A model generated the notes under the pieces. It was not told the DNA's origin, searched no databases, and saw only the letters and a list, made by a program, of their open reading frames with translations. Position numbers and translations under genes: made by a program. Source: Cyclobacteriaceae bacterium (GTDB lineage: Bacteria; Bacteroidota; Bacteroidia; Cytophagales; Cyclobacteriaceae). Taken from it: a DNA stretch of 64,000 nt. The stretch lies in NCBI GenBank assembly GCA_040905165.1, contig JBBDSA010000080.1:1566-65565 (forward strand). Reading direction: 5' to 3'. Positions 39,926 through 50,292 of this stretch are shown here, piece by piece (the first letter of the stretch is position 1; every line of letters starts with the position of its first letter).

Positions 39926-40124
39926 GGTTATTAAGGGTTAATACCAGGATTATGGAGATTAAGTTAATAAAAATAATTTGTATTTGGGAGCAAGTATTAA
40001 TTTTTAAAATTTAATTTTGAAAAAGTGAAAGATAGAATGCGTTCGGTAAGCGTTTGCCTTCGGAATTATAAAATTCATATTTTTTTTTATCTTTAAGTTT
40101 CTCTTTTATTTTGTTTAAAAGTCC

Positions 40125-41609
40125 ATGACCAAAAGCACAAAGAAGCCTTCCGTTTGGGAAGCATTATCACCGATTTTGTTTCTTATCGTTTTATTGATTA
40201 TTAATATCAAAGTATTTGGGACGGATGGATTATTGGGTTCCAATCAGTTGGTATTGGTCATTGCTTCAGCGGTTGCCGGATTAATTGCTGTATTCCGGTT
40301 GGGGTTTCAGTGGTTCCAAATCCAGGAGGGGATCATCAAAAGTATTTCATCGGCCATGTCATCCATCCTGATCCTATTACTGATAGGCTCTCTGGCGGGA
40401 ACCTGGATGCTTAGCGGTATAGTTCCCGCGATGATATACTATGGGTTGCAGGTTCTTAATCCTACTATTTTTCTGATTGCTGCCTGCATAGTTTGTGGAG
40501 TGGTATCTGTGGCCACGGGTAGCAGTTGGACCACAGTGGCTACCGTGGGCGTTGCTTTACTGGGAATCGGCAAGGCTTTGGGTTTTGGAGAAGGGATGAT
40601 TGCCGGTGCCATTATTTCCGGTGCTTACTTTGGGGACAAGATGTCCCCACTTTCTGATACCACCAATTTAGCCCCAGCGATGGCTGGTACAGATCTTTTT
40701 ACCCATATTCGACATATGGTGAAAACCACTGTTCCATCCATGACCATTACCTTGATTATTTTTGGAATAATAGGGGTTTTAGGTCAACCTGAAGGAACCG
40801 TTGGTCAGGTAGAGGAAATTTCAAATGTAATAAACAGCAGATTTAACATCTCTGGATGGCTTTTTATCGTACCCTTAGTCGTAATAGTACTTATAATTAA
40901 AAAAGTTCCTGCAGTACCAACCCTTTTTGCCGGGGCAATTTTAGGTGGGGTTTTCGCCATTATTTTTCAAGCTGGGGTTATTGAAGAACTGGCTTCCGGA
41001 ATGGAGGGAGGGTTTGTTTTGCAGGCTTTTCAAGTAGTGATGAAAGCTTTATATGGTGAGACCAGTATCGTCACCCCTAATGAAATTGTCAATGAATTAC
41101 TGGTGACCGGAGGTATGGCGGGTATGCTTGTTACAGTTTGGCTAATCCTTTGTGCCATGGTATTCGGTGGTATATTGGAGGTCAGCGGTATGTTAAGGGT
41201 CATCGCTGAGGCTGTGATCAGCCAGGTAAATTCAGTGGGTTCCCTGATTGCATCGACTGCAGGAACAGGATTGTTTTTTAATATTACTACTTCCGATCAA
41301 TACCTTGCCATATTGGTTCCAGGTAGAATGTATGCCGATATCTATAGAAAAAGAGGGCTTAAAGGTGAAAACCTGAGTAGAACCTTAGAGGACAGCGCCA
41401 CGGTGACTTCGGTTTTGGTACCTTGGAATACCTGTGGGGCTACTCAGGCATCTGTTCTTGGGGTAGCCACCCTTACTTATGCCCCTTTTTGTTTTTTTAA
41501 TATCATCAGTCCCTTTATGACCATACTTTTCGGTTATTTAAATTGGGGGATCAACTATTATTCGAAAGAAGAAATGAAAGTAATAAATGAAGAGGAAATT
41601 TTGGTATGA
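40125..41609 (+). CDS. nhaC: NhaC-family Na+/H+ antiporter
   Basis: TGSSWTT, GAIISGAYFGDKMSPLSDTTNLA and LSRTLEDSATVTSVLVPWN. Confidence 0.92.
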   Translation: MTKSTKKPSVWEALSPILFLIVLLIINIKVFGTDGLLGSNQLVLVIASAVAGLIAVFRLGFQWFQIQEGIIKSISSAMSSILILLLIGSLAGTWMLSGIVPAMIYYGLQVLNPTIFLIAACIVCGVVSVATGSSWTTVATVGVALLGIGKALGFGEGMIAGAIISGAYFGDKMSPLSDTTNLAPAMAGTDLFTHIRHMVKTTVPSMTITLIIFGIIGVLGQPEGTVGQVEEISNVINSRFNISGWLFIVPLVVIVLIIKKVPAVPTLFAGAILGGVFAIIFQAGVIEELASGMEGGFVLQAFQVVMKALYGETSIVTPNEIVNELLVTGGMAGMLVTVWLILCAMVFGGILEVSGMLRVIAEAVISQVNSVGSLIASTAGTGLFFNITTSDQYLAILVPGRMYADIYRKRGLKGENLSRTLEDSATVTSVLVPWNTCGATQASVLGVATLTYAPFCFFNIISPFMTILFGYLNWGINYYSKEEMKVINEEEILV

Positions 41610-42208
41610 TACCTTTAAAAATTACAAAAGATGAAGTGAATGAAATGGATCTGGGTGCTTTTCCCGGAGAAATTGTTTTAGTGAACAGTAATGAGGCTTT
41701 TCAGGAAATGGAAGTGGACCTTTCCCGACAAAGATTTATTGGATTCGATACAGAAACAAGGCCGGCATTTAGAAGAGGAGTCAGTTATGATGTGGCCTTA
41801 CTGCAGCTTTCTACACATAATACTGCCTATTTAGTCCGACTCAATGAATCGGGTTTTCCCTCTGGGGCAAAGGCTATTTTAGAAAACCCACAGGTTGTGA
41901 AAATCGGTGCTGCCGTAAGGGATGATATCAAAGCCTTAAAAAAAATGGATGCCGGATTTCATCCTGATTCATTTTTTGACCTGAATGAAGAGCTTAAAAA
42001 AGTCGGTTTTTTGAATGTGGGGGTAAGAAATCTAAGTGCAATGGTGTTGGGGATCAGGATTTCCAAATCCGAACAGGTATCTAATTGGGAAGCGCCGGCC
42101 CTTACAGATAAACAGTTGTTGTATGCTGCCACGGATGCATGGGCATGTCTTGAGATTTTCCTTAAGCTGTATAAGAAGGGCATGCTGGATGAAATTTTTT
42201 CTATGTAA
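41606..42208 (+). CDS. DEDD 3'-5' exonuclease (RNase D/WRN-like)
   Basis: IGFDTETRP (ExoI), SNWE and YAATDAW (ExoIII). Confidence 0.9.
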   Translation: MIPLKITKDEVNEMDLGAFPGEIVLVNSNEAFQEMEVDLSRQRFIGFDTETRPAFRRGVSYDVALLQLSTHNTAYLVRLNESGFPSGAKAILENPQVVKIGAAVRDDIKALKKMDAGFHPDSFFDLNEELKKVGFLNVGVRNLSAMVLGIRISKSEQVSNWEAPALTDKQLLYAATDAWACLEIFLKLYKKGMLDEIFSM

Positions 42209-42797
42209 TTATTTCTACCGAATCAATAACGGAAATTTGGGTCCGCACTATCGCTGATAAATTTTCCCTGACTTGTAAACGGATGAAACATTGATCGTCA
42301 AATTTCTGATCGATAATTTTTAACCCAAAATGATTGATCAGTCTCATCACCTCATCCATGGCCCTATATTCAAAAGATATTGATAGTTCAATGGCAATGA
42401 TCTGAGATATAATATTATTGGCTAAAATGGCCTCGTATGCAGCAGTTTTGTAAGCCTGAATCAAGCCTCCTACACCCAATTTGGTTCCTCCAAAATACCG
42501 GACAACTACAATCAGTACTTGGGTGAGGCCAAAAGAACGGATTTGGCCCAAAATGGGATCCCCTGCACTGTGATGAGGTTCCCCGTCATCGTTTGCCCTA
42601 TAGATTTCTTTCAACTTTCCCAACACGTAAGCATAACAATGGTGGCTGGCACTAGGGTAGGCTTTTTTCAGCTCCTTCAATTTTTGTTGAATTGCTTCTT
42701 CATTTTTCACCGGATAGGCAAAAGAAATAAATTTGCTGCCTTTTTCTTTATAAATACCGGAGGATTCTCCTTCAAGCGTCAGATAGGCATCATCCAT
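42201..42797 (-). CDS. YigZ/IMPACT family protein
   Basis: EKGSKF, ASHHCYAY, NDDGEP and VVRYFGGTKLGVGGLIQAY. Confidence 0.93.
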   Translation of the reverse strand: MDDAYLTLEGESSGIYKEKGSKFISFAYPVKNEEAIQQKLKELKKAYPSASHHCYAYVLGKLKEIYRANDDGEPHHSAGDPILGQIRSFGLTQVLIVVVRYFGGTKLGVGGLIQAYKTAAYEAILANNIISQIIAIELSISFEYRAMDEVMRLINHFGLKIIDQKFDDQCFIRLQVRENLSAIVRTQISVIDSVEIIT

Positions 42798-42858
42798 AAT
42801 ATTGTATTCATTCTAACAGTTTTTGCTAAATTAGTCATTTGAACGGTAAAATTGACAC

Positions 42859-43818
42859 ATGGATAATTCAAATTTGGTGACCGTTATTTGTACTTGTTAT
42901 AATCAAGAACCCTTCGTTATAAATGCCCTCGATAGTGTTCTTTTCCAAAAACACGGGGAAATTGAATTGATCATCATCGATAATGGCAGCATTGACGGGT
43001 CTCAGGAAACCATCCGGCAATGGCTATCAGAAAATGACAAAGACAAAAAAATCATTTCCATTTTCCATAAAGAACGTAAAAACTATTGTGAGGTATTCAA
43101 TGAGGCATTATGGGTAAGCAAAGGAAAATACCTGGCCGATCTGGCCGCAGATGATTATTTTTATCCCAATCATTTGAAAGAAGCGGTCCAAAAGCTTGAA
43201 AATTCCGATGCCGGTGTTTATTTCTGTAATGCCATGCTGCAAAAGGATACCGGATTTTCTTCCCCATTTTACCCAACCAATGAAAAGGGAAATTCACGCT
43301 ACAATGTAAGAGATGGTGATGTTTATTCACTCTTGGTGAAAAAATATGCCATATGCACAGCCACTCTGGTTTTTGTAACGGAGCTTTTAAAAAAGGAGGG
43401 TGTCTATGATGAGAAACTGACTTATGAGGATTTTGATATTCTTATTAGGATGTCCCGGAAATACCCGTTTATATACCATGACAGCGTGGGCGTATTGAAA
43501 AGAATACTTTCTACATCCTTTGCTTCCGGACAATACCGGTATAAGAATTCCCAGATGCTGCCTTCTACCTATAAGGTTTGTGAAAAGATCCATGAATTGA
43601 ACCGATCAGCAGAAGAAAGGGAAGCCTTAAGGTTTCGGATATTGCATGAAGCCAAACATGCCCTTTTTTCTGCTAATTTTGAAATTGCAGAAAAATTTAT
43701 GGAACTGGCCAAAAAGGCGGGGTGTACCGGCATAAAATATCTACTTTTCAGGATCTGGTCCAAAAGGCATTTCGATCTGTCCACATTTTATTTTCTGTGG
43801 AAAGGAAACAAGGGCTGA
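42859..43818 (+). CDS. Family 2 glycosyltransferase
   Basis: VTVICTCYNQ, IIIDNGSIDGS, DxD-type LAADD and YEDFD. Confidence 0.9.
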   Translation: MDNSNLVTVICTCYNQEPFVINALDSVLFQKHGEIELIIIDNGSIDGSQETIRQWLSENDKDKKIISIFHKERKNYCEVFNEALWVSKGKYLADLAADDYFYPNHLKEAVQKLENSDAGVYFCNAMLQKDTGFSSPFYPTNEKGNSRYNVRDGDVYSLLVKKYAICTATLVFVTELLKKEGVYDEKLTYEDFDILIRMSRKYPFIYHDSVGVLKRILSTSFASGQYRYKNSQMLPSTYKVCEKIHELNRSAEEREALRFRILHEAKHALFSANFEIAEKFMELAKKAGCTGIKYLLFRIWSKRHFDLSTFYFLWKGNKG

Positions 43819-43819
43819 T

Positions 43820-45097
43820 TTACTTCGCACCTACAATGATTTCTTTAAAGCTACCAGGTTGAAAATATTTCATTCCAATTTCACTTATTTCCTCTTTTTG
43901 GAAGTTTTTGATATAATCTAAATGGTGCTGGTAAAAATTTTCGTTCAGCCCATTATAGTGTATATTTTTAAACTGATTCATCAAATCAAAGGGACTGCTG
44001 ACCTGGGCCAAAAGGTGGCCTATCATATAATTTCTAACAATTTCCAACTCATCATCAGAAATAAGATCCTTTGTTAATTTGTTGATTTCCAAATACACTT
44101 CATCAATTACCGGTTCAGCAAAACCAGCTTTTACATCAGCCATGACTATCCAATAGTCAGCGCTGCTGAGGTTGCCCAAAAAGCTGTTGATGCCATAGGT
44201 ATAACCTTTTTCTTCCCTGATATTTTTAATGAGCCTGCTCCCGAAATAGCCCCCCAAAATAGTGTTGAATACGACAAGCCCGTGGTAATCGGGATGGGCC
44301 TTTGGAATCATTAGTTTTCCAAGCCTGATGCTGGATTGGACTGATTCCCCTTTAATTTCTGTAATGCGTTGTTCAGCAAAGGGTTTAATTGGGTTTAATT
44401 GGGAAAACGGGTTGATAAATGTGAGGTCTTCAAAAACCCGCTCTATTTCCAATAGGGTGTTTTCGGTCAATTGGCCAGTCACAAAAATTTCGGGAGTAAC
44501 AAGAAACTGATTTTTATAATAATGGACCAACGAATCTTTTTCAATTTTGTCAATGTCTTCTTCCTGCGCATTGTATCCAAAAGGATGATCATGGCCAAAC
44601 AAGATCTTCCGGACCAGTTGATTGGCCCTGGCGGAATTCTGCTCTTTTTGAATATTAATGCTTAATTTTTTTTGTGATTTCCTTTTGGCAAGTTCCTTAT
44701 CGGGAAAAACAGCATCGGTGAACAAGGACCTGAATACAGGTAATACATCGGGAAGATGTTTACCGGTTGTTAATATTCCCAGGCCCTGGTTTTCATAGCC
44801 CGAAAGGACTTCAATCTCTGATCCATGGAAATCAAAAAAATCATCCACTTGCCCCGAGCTTTTGGAATGGGTACCTTCCTGTAACATGTGCAGCATGAAA
44901 AAAGGTACCAATGTCTGATCCAAAGAAGAAGGATGATAATGAATGGGAAATATCACCTCCAATTTTATGGCCTCAATTTGCGGGGAGGGGATAAAGAAAA
45001 GTGGAATTCCATTTTTCAGTCTCCGCTTTTGTGGATGAACCAGGCTGATTTTTTCAGGTACTTTGAATGGTGGGACCCGCGTTCTGTCCAAGATCAT
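43820..45097 (-). CDS. M16 family peptidase, non-catalytic (beta-type) subunit
   Basis: LKNGIP, MLQEGT and ILGGYFGSRL.KNIREEKGYTYGI (R/Y pair). No HxxEH zinc motif. Confidence 0.85.
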   Translation of the reverse strand: MILDRTRVPPFKVPEKISLVHPQKRRLKNGIPLFFIPSPQIEAIKLEVIFPIHYHPSSLDQTLVPFFMLHMLQEGTHSKSSGQVDDFFDFHGSEIEVLSGYENQGLGILTTGKHLPDVLPVFRSLFTDAVFPDKELAKRKSQKKLSINIQKEQNSARANQLVRKILFGHDHPFGYNAQEEDIDKIEKDSLVHYYKNQFLVTPEIFVTGQLTENTLLEIERVFEDLTFINPFSQLNPIKPFAEQRITEIKGESVQSSIRLGKLMIPKAHPDYHGLVVFNTILGGYFGSRLIKNIREEKGYTYGINSFLGNLSSADYWIVMADVKAGFAEPVIDEVYLEINKLTKDLISDDELEIVRNYMIGHLLAQVSSPFDLMNQFKNIHYNGLNENFYQHHLDYIKNFQKEEISEIGMKYFQPGSFKEIIVGAK

Positions 45098-46326
45098 GGT
45101 TGAACATCATATTTCAAGGTGAACCTCAAAGTTTCAGCCAAAGGATGGTTCTGAACCTGTGGAACAAGGTAAGAAAAATCAAAGCCAAGTCGGTTAAACC
45201 CAAATCCTACCCCCATTGTAAAATATTTTCTACCACCTTTATTCGGGTTTTCATAGAAATATCCCAGCCGGACTGCAAACTTATCATCATAAGAATATTC
45301 TGTTCCAAATGAGATCATTACCTCCTGCATTTCTTCACTGAATCCATTGGGTGCATCGAAAAAAGAGCCAAACATACCACTTAGCAAGGGCCTTGAGGGA
45401 TCTTCACCCGCTGCAATTTGCGGACGATTGGTGTTGGGGTCAAGAATCAATCCTCCGTTTTCATCCTCTGCATACAAGGGTGGGGTGGGCACCATGAGTT
45501 TATTTAAATCCAACATAAAAGTAATGTTATTCATCTCATCCATGGGGATCATCAAGGCAGTACCAAACCTTAGGTTGGTGGGTAAATAATCTAAATCATC
45601 GGCACTGTTATAGGTGATTTTCGGACCGATGTTTGAGATGCTCAGTCCCCAGGAAAAATCCGCTTCTTTGTCAGAAACCAACACCTCTGAAATATGGTAA
45701 ACCCCCACATCAGTGCCTACACTGACACCGGGCCTGCTTTCATTGCCACCTGCAGAGCTTATATTTCCTGATAAGTTGGAATGTATAAACCTGGCGGAAA
45801 TTCCCAAAGAAAGATTGTCTGACAACTTCCGGGAATAGGTCCCGCCAATTGCAATGTCCCTTGGGCTAAAGTCGCCAAGAGAATTTCCCCGCATATCGGT
45901 AAGAGAAATATCCCCCATATTAAAATACCTCAGCTCAATACCAAATGCAGAGACATCGTCAATCCGTTTATACCCCGTGAGGTAATTCAGTGACATGTCG
46001 GGTACCAATCTCCCTAACCAGGGGGAATAGGATAGGGAGAAACCGATATCATCTTCAATGAAAGCCAGTTTTCCTGCATTCCAATGAGCGGAATTGGCAT
46101 CCGGGCTGGAGGCCACACCGGCATCCCCCATTGCGGAGTGCCTGCTGTCAGGGGCGAAATTTAGGAAAGGTACTGCTGTAGTGATGACCCTCCTGTTGGA
46201 ATTCTGTCCCGAAAGGGTTACAGAAATTGGATCATTGTCATCATCTTGAGCAGTCACTTTAGATTGAAAACAAATAAAAAGCATCAATAATGCAATAGAT
46301 AGAAGAATGTTCTTGGTCACTTTCAT
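45094..46326 (-). CDS. porV: T9SS outer-membrane shuttle PorV
   Basis: ITTAVPFL.FAPDSR..AMGD.GVA, YSPWL, LPTNLRFG, NKLMVPTPP and HPLAETLRFTL. Confidence 0.95.
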   Translation of the reverse strand: MKVTKNILLSIALLMLFICFQSKVTAQDDDNDPISVTLSGQNSNRRVITTAVPFLNFAPDSRHSAMGDAGVASSPDANSAHWNAGKLAFIEDDIGFSLSYSPWLGRLVPDMSLNYLTGYKRIDDVSAFGIELRYFNMGDISLTDMRGNSLGDFSPRDIAIGGTYSRKLSDNLSLGISARFIHSNLSGNISSAGGNESRPGVSVGTDVGVYHISEVLVSDKEADFSWGLSISNIGPKITYNSADDLDYLPTNLRFGTALMIPMDEMNNITFMLDLNKLMVPTPPLYAEDENGGLILDPNTNRPQIAAGEDPSRPLLSGMFGSFFDAPNGFSEEMQEVMISFGTEYSYDDKFAVRLGYFYENPNKGGRKYFTMGVGFGFNRLGFDFSYLVPQVQNHPLAETLRFTLKYDVQP

Positions 46327-49300
46327 TGTATGATAATTTTCCCCCCCTTTCGTACTGAAGCACCATCCTCTTCAGAGTAGAGTTGTAATACGTAAAGATA
46401 AGTTCCTTTTACCGGATAATTTGTTTTGTGGCGCAAAAAAATCCAGTCTATGCCTTCAATTATGGAATCAGCTTTTGGAAAACGTTTTTCCAAGGAAAAT
46501 ATTTCATTGCCCAACAGCGAAAAAACCTGTAAATTTAAATTTAAATTTTCCCCTGGGCGGTTGTGTGAAACGATGAATTGTGTTTGGGCTGCAGCAGGAT
46601 TCGGGAAATTGATCAATTCCAGAATCTTAATATGCCCACTACCTTCCACCTCCAATATTTCTATCTTTTCGGACGGGTTGCCGAGGTTATCATAAACCCT
46701 AATGGTAATGGTATTCTTTCCTTCCCTGAGTCCGGTGAGTAAATCTTTCACATAACCTTCGCGGTATCCTCCGTTCAAACTCTTATACTTTTCACTGAGG
46801 GATATAGGTGGCTGATCATTTATGGTCAGGGTGATGTCCTCCTCTTTATTTTTGTAAGCCATATTGATTCCGGAGCTGTCTTTCAAATTAATCCAAATGG
46901 GTGACTGTGTGGAAGGAATTTTTGAGTAGGATTGTAGGCTATCCATAAAAAACACTTCAATACTTGGGCCGATTTTGTCTTCAGCCTGTGGCTGGGCGGA
47001 CCCTCCGATTTTGATCATTTTTGCTCCCATGGCTTCCCTGGGAAGATGGTTATCTTTAGCAAATATTTTGATATATCCTTCCCTAATATCACCACTGATG
47101 TTTTTTCCCAACCATAATTCACCTTCAAGTTTACCGTTTTCCACCTTTCCGTTGCCCCGGAAAAGGGTAGTTTGAAAGTCAAGATAAGTAGTTTTGGCCT
47201 CTGCATTCCCTTTTGTGTCCCTGAGGACTGGCTTATCTACCAGGTTGATTTCAAAATCTCCATTAAATTGGTGGATAAGGGACCCGGTCAGGGGATCTGT
47301 GATGTGACCCTTGTAAAACAATTTCTGAAACCCTCCAAGGGTGTCTTTTTCCACATTTACATCCAAATTTACCAAGGTTTTGGTTTCAACAGCCAATTCA
47401 GGTAAATTCAGTTGAAGAGAAGGGTCACCCAATAAAGAAAAGTTACGGTTTAATGGCCCATTGAGGCTATTGTTTTTGGTGATTTTAAAAACCTCACCCA
47501 AGGAAAGTCCTTCTCCCCCTTCGGTTTCAAAAACCGTTTCTATAAAGGCCTTGTTCAAGGAATAATTCACACTGCTGAATACCGGTCTCCCTGTTGTCAG
47601 CAATGCAATGGCTCCTTTTTTTTGCGCGAGCAACAATTCCTCTGCCCCTGATCGGATAAAAGGGCTGTCATGCCTGCCAAATTCACAGGTAGCGGTCACA
47701 AATATGGGGTAATTATCGGTCTCAGGCCAGTCCCTAATATCACTGACTTTAAACAATTCTTCAGCAGTTAGGGTGGTTTCATTTCCGTGACCGATAAAAT
47801 TAATTAACAAAACCCCCTCATCTAAGAAATCTTCCAAGGTTTTTTTTGCCTCGGGCACACTTGGAGTAGAACCAGTTATGGTTTTTTCAAAATCATCCAG
47901 GTACAATTTCCTGAGGTTAAACTGCGGATGATGTTGGTAAAGATAATTCGTATGGTTTTCAGCATCCCTGAGGTGAATATGGTTGTCCCCATCATCGGCA
48001 ATAAATAGAAGTTGGTTTTTCCAGTTTCCCCCTGTAATTTGCTGGTTTTGGTAATGCATGATTTTGTTTACGGAAATTGCGGCTTCCTGGGAAGTGATAG
48101 CCGGGATACGTCCTATGCCTATATCCAGTAAATGGTCACCAGCGGAAGTTTCCTGCCATTCCCCTGTGCCAAATTGCAAAAACCCGAAATAATCATCCGA
48201 TCCATAAGTTGTCAATGGATTCAGGCTGGAATAGGAGCTATAGGTGGGCACCAAATTAGGCCTTCCACCCAAAATATTTTTATAATCAAAGGTTCCTTTT
48301 CCAAAAAACAAGACGTTTTTAAGATTTCCTCCTTGATGATAATGATAGGCAATAAAATTCCTAATGGCAGTAATATCCGGATTGCCGTACCCGAATGCAT
48401 TATAGATATCATTTAATAATACCGCCTGGGAAGAAACACCAATTTTGTTTTTAAAATCAGAAAGCCGGTTCGCCTGGTTCAATAGTTCCGCCGAGGTGAT
48501 AATAAGCATTTCAGGGAAATCGGAAACTTGTGAAATGGATGGGTTGATCGGTTCAATTTGAGAAATTTCAGGCACTTGAACCGGGTTGAAAACAGCCAAT
48601 TTTCTGGATTGGGTAATGAATGGCCCCATGGAGGAAATGTCAGTGGGTTGGTGAAAATCATTTACCTCCCAAACCATTGAAGACGCTGTTTCAAGAACAA
48701 TGGGTGTATTTTCCATCCGGTAATATACACCGGCAGGCATGTCCTTGGAGAGAAACTGAAACCCTACCAGGACTTCTTTTAAATATCCCAATCCATTTGG
48801 ATCTTGAGATTCATATTGTATACCCCAATCCAGTTGACCATTTGTGGTCGTAAAATCCGAAAAATCCCTGAATTTACCCTCCCTCCCTTTGATGGAATAG
48901 CGGTTATTGGGAATAGCGGCAATATTAACCTCCCCGATCTCGCTGTTTTGTATCCTTAATTTGAATTTACTATCACTGGTAGATTGGGCCATAAAAGTGG
49001 CTGAAATCCAGATTTTATCCGAATTGAATCCTGAGGGCACCTTAAAGGGAATGGTTTCCCCTTGCCGGTTAAATAATCTGAATCCATACCATCCTCTTCC
49101 TGAGCTCAGGATGTTATTTTCTTCTTTCTTGAAATGTTGAATCTGGAAAAGATTTCCGTGTTCGTATTTTTCAGGTTCGGAAAAAGGAGGTAGGTTATCT
49201 TCCCTAACATCATTTTTACCTTTCCTCCCTGAGGAAAGAACATAGTATAGGGTATCGGTATATTGATGAGGGGTGAAATGGATTTCCCCATCTCTTGGGG

Positions 49301-49604
49301 AAAGAGCATGCGCATCGGTTAAAAAGAAATACAAGGCATCACCCATTCTTTTCACGGGAATTTCCAGGGGTTGCCATGCCATGCTGTCAAGTTTTTGGGG
49401 CAGCATCCCCCCATAACCGTGAATTCCGATATCCTCCAGATTGTTTATACCCAATGCTTGGGCTTGGTCCCGGGAAATTTTATAGATTCCTTCCTGGATA
49501 ATAGGAAACTTAAAGGATTGCTGGCTCCATACAGGTTGGAGATAAAAAAAACTGCTGATTAAAATAACGATTCCCAGTTTTATATGCTCATCCTTTCTCC
49601 TCAT
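46323..49604 (-). CDS. porU: T9SS sortase PorU (gingipain-like C25 peptidase)
   Basis: SDDYFG, DIGIGRIP, IADDGD, catalytic His (FIGHG) and Cys (TATCEFGRHD), LLGDP, and a C-terminal CTD (NFPNP...GTYLY...GGKIIIQ). Immediately upstream of porV. Confidence 0.93.
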   Translation of the reverse strand: MRRKDEHIKLGIVILISSFFYLQPVWSQQSFKFPIIQEGIYKISRDQAQALGINNLEDIGIHGYGGMLPQKLDSMAWQPLEIPVKRMGDALYFFLTDAHALSPRDGEIHFTPHQYTDTLYYVLSSGRKGKNDVREDNLPPFSEPEKYEHGNLFQIQHFKKEENNILSSGRGWYGFRLFNRQGETIPFKVPSGFNSDKIWISATFMAQSTSDSKFKLRIQNSEIGEVNIAAIPNNRYSIKGREGKFRDFSDFTTTNGQLDWGIQYESQDPNGLGYLKEVLVGFQFLSKDMPAGVYYRMENTPIVLETASSMVWEVNDFHQPTDISSMGPFITQSRKLAVFNPVQVPEISQIEPINPSISQVSDFPEMLIITSAELLNQANRLSDFKNKIGVSSQAVLLNDIYNAFGYGNPDITAIRNFIAYHYHQGGNLKNVLFFGKGTFDYKNILGGRPNLVPTYSSYSSLNPLTTYGSDDYFGFLQFGTGEWQETSAGDHLLDIGIGRIPAITSQEAAISVNKIMHYQNQQITGGNWKNQLLFIADDGDNHIHLRDAENHTNYLYQHHPQFNLRKLYLDDFEKTITGSTPSVPEAKKTLEDFLDEGVLLINFIGHGNETTLTAEELFKVSDIRDWPETDNYPIFVTATCEFGRHDSPFIRSGAEELLLAQKKGAIALLTTGRPVFSSVNYSLNKAFIETVFETEGGEGLSLGEVFKITKNNSLNGPLNRNFSLLGDPSLQLNLPELAVETKTLVNLDVNVEKDTLGGFQKLFYKGHITDPLTGSLIHQFNGDFEINLVDKPVLRDTKGNAEAKTTYLDFQTTLFRGNGKVENGKLEGELWLGKNISGDIREGYIKIFAKDNHLPREAMGAKMIKIGGSAQPQAEDKIGPSIEVFFMDSLQSYSKIPSTQSPIWINLKDSSGINMAYKNKEEDITLTINDQPPISLSEKYKSLNGGYREGYVKDLLTGLREGKNTITIRVYDNLGNPSEKIEILEVEGSGHIKILELINFPNPAAAQTQFIVSHNRPGENLNLNLQVFSLLGNEIFSLEKRFPKADSIIEGIDWIFLRHKTNYPVKGTYLYVLQLYSEEDGASVRKGGKIIIQ

Positions 49605-50292
49605 TTTTGTCCAAGAAGTGATTTAAAACAGAAAGGCAGATATAAGAAAGTATGGCCATTGGGATTCCTGCTATTCCCAAAATCATGATACTTATGGCCG
49701 AAAATATAAGCGTTAGATATCGCCATTTGTTGTCTGACCATTCGAAATTTTTAAATTTCAGCGCCAATAGAGGCAGTGCTGCAGTAAGTAAATACGCAAA
49801 TAAAAAAGTAATGGCCAAAATATAATATGGATTTTCCAAAAGGCCCTGGAACCAGGGCAGCTTAATCCCCAAAAAGGGCAGGGTAGAAATAAACAGGGCA
49901 TTTGCCGGGGTGGGAAGTCCTATAAACCGGTCTTCCTGTTCCTCGTCAATATTGAAATTGGCAAGCCTGAGGGCTGATTGTATGCCGATAATAAAGGCAA
50001 AATAGGGCAGAAACCATATGGTGGTGGTATTTTGTATCATTAAAAACAGGATGAAGGCAGGCAGCACGCCAAAGGTTACCAAATCGGCAAGGGAATCCAA
50101 CTCTTTGCCTATGGCACTTTGTACTTTGAGCAGCCGGGCGGCAAACCCATCCAGAAAATCAAAAATCGCAGCCGCAAAAATGAAATAGGCGCCATAAATG
50201 GCCCCGTTTTGAATTACGTAATAGATCCCGATCATGCCTGACAGCAAATTCAGGCAAGTAAGGGCGTTGGGTATATGTTTTTTAATATTCAA
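49588..50292 (-). CDS. pssA: CDP-diacylglycerol--serine O-phosphatidyltransferase
   Basis: IPNALT, DFLDGFAARLL...GKELDSLADLVTFG, LRLANFN and FIGLPTPA. Confidence 0.85.
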   Translation of the reverse strand: MNIKKHIPNALTCLNLLSGMIGIYYVIQNGAIYGAYFIFAAAIFDFLDGFAARLLKVQSAIGKELDSLADLVTFGVLPAFILFLMIQNTTTIWFLPYFAFIIGIQSALRLANFNIDEEQEDRFIGLPTPANALFISTLPFLGIKLPWFQGLLENPYYILAITFLFAYLLTAALPLLALKFKNFEWSDNKWRYLTLIFSAISIMILGIAGIPMAILSYICLSVLNHFLDKNEEKG

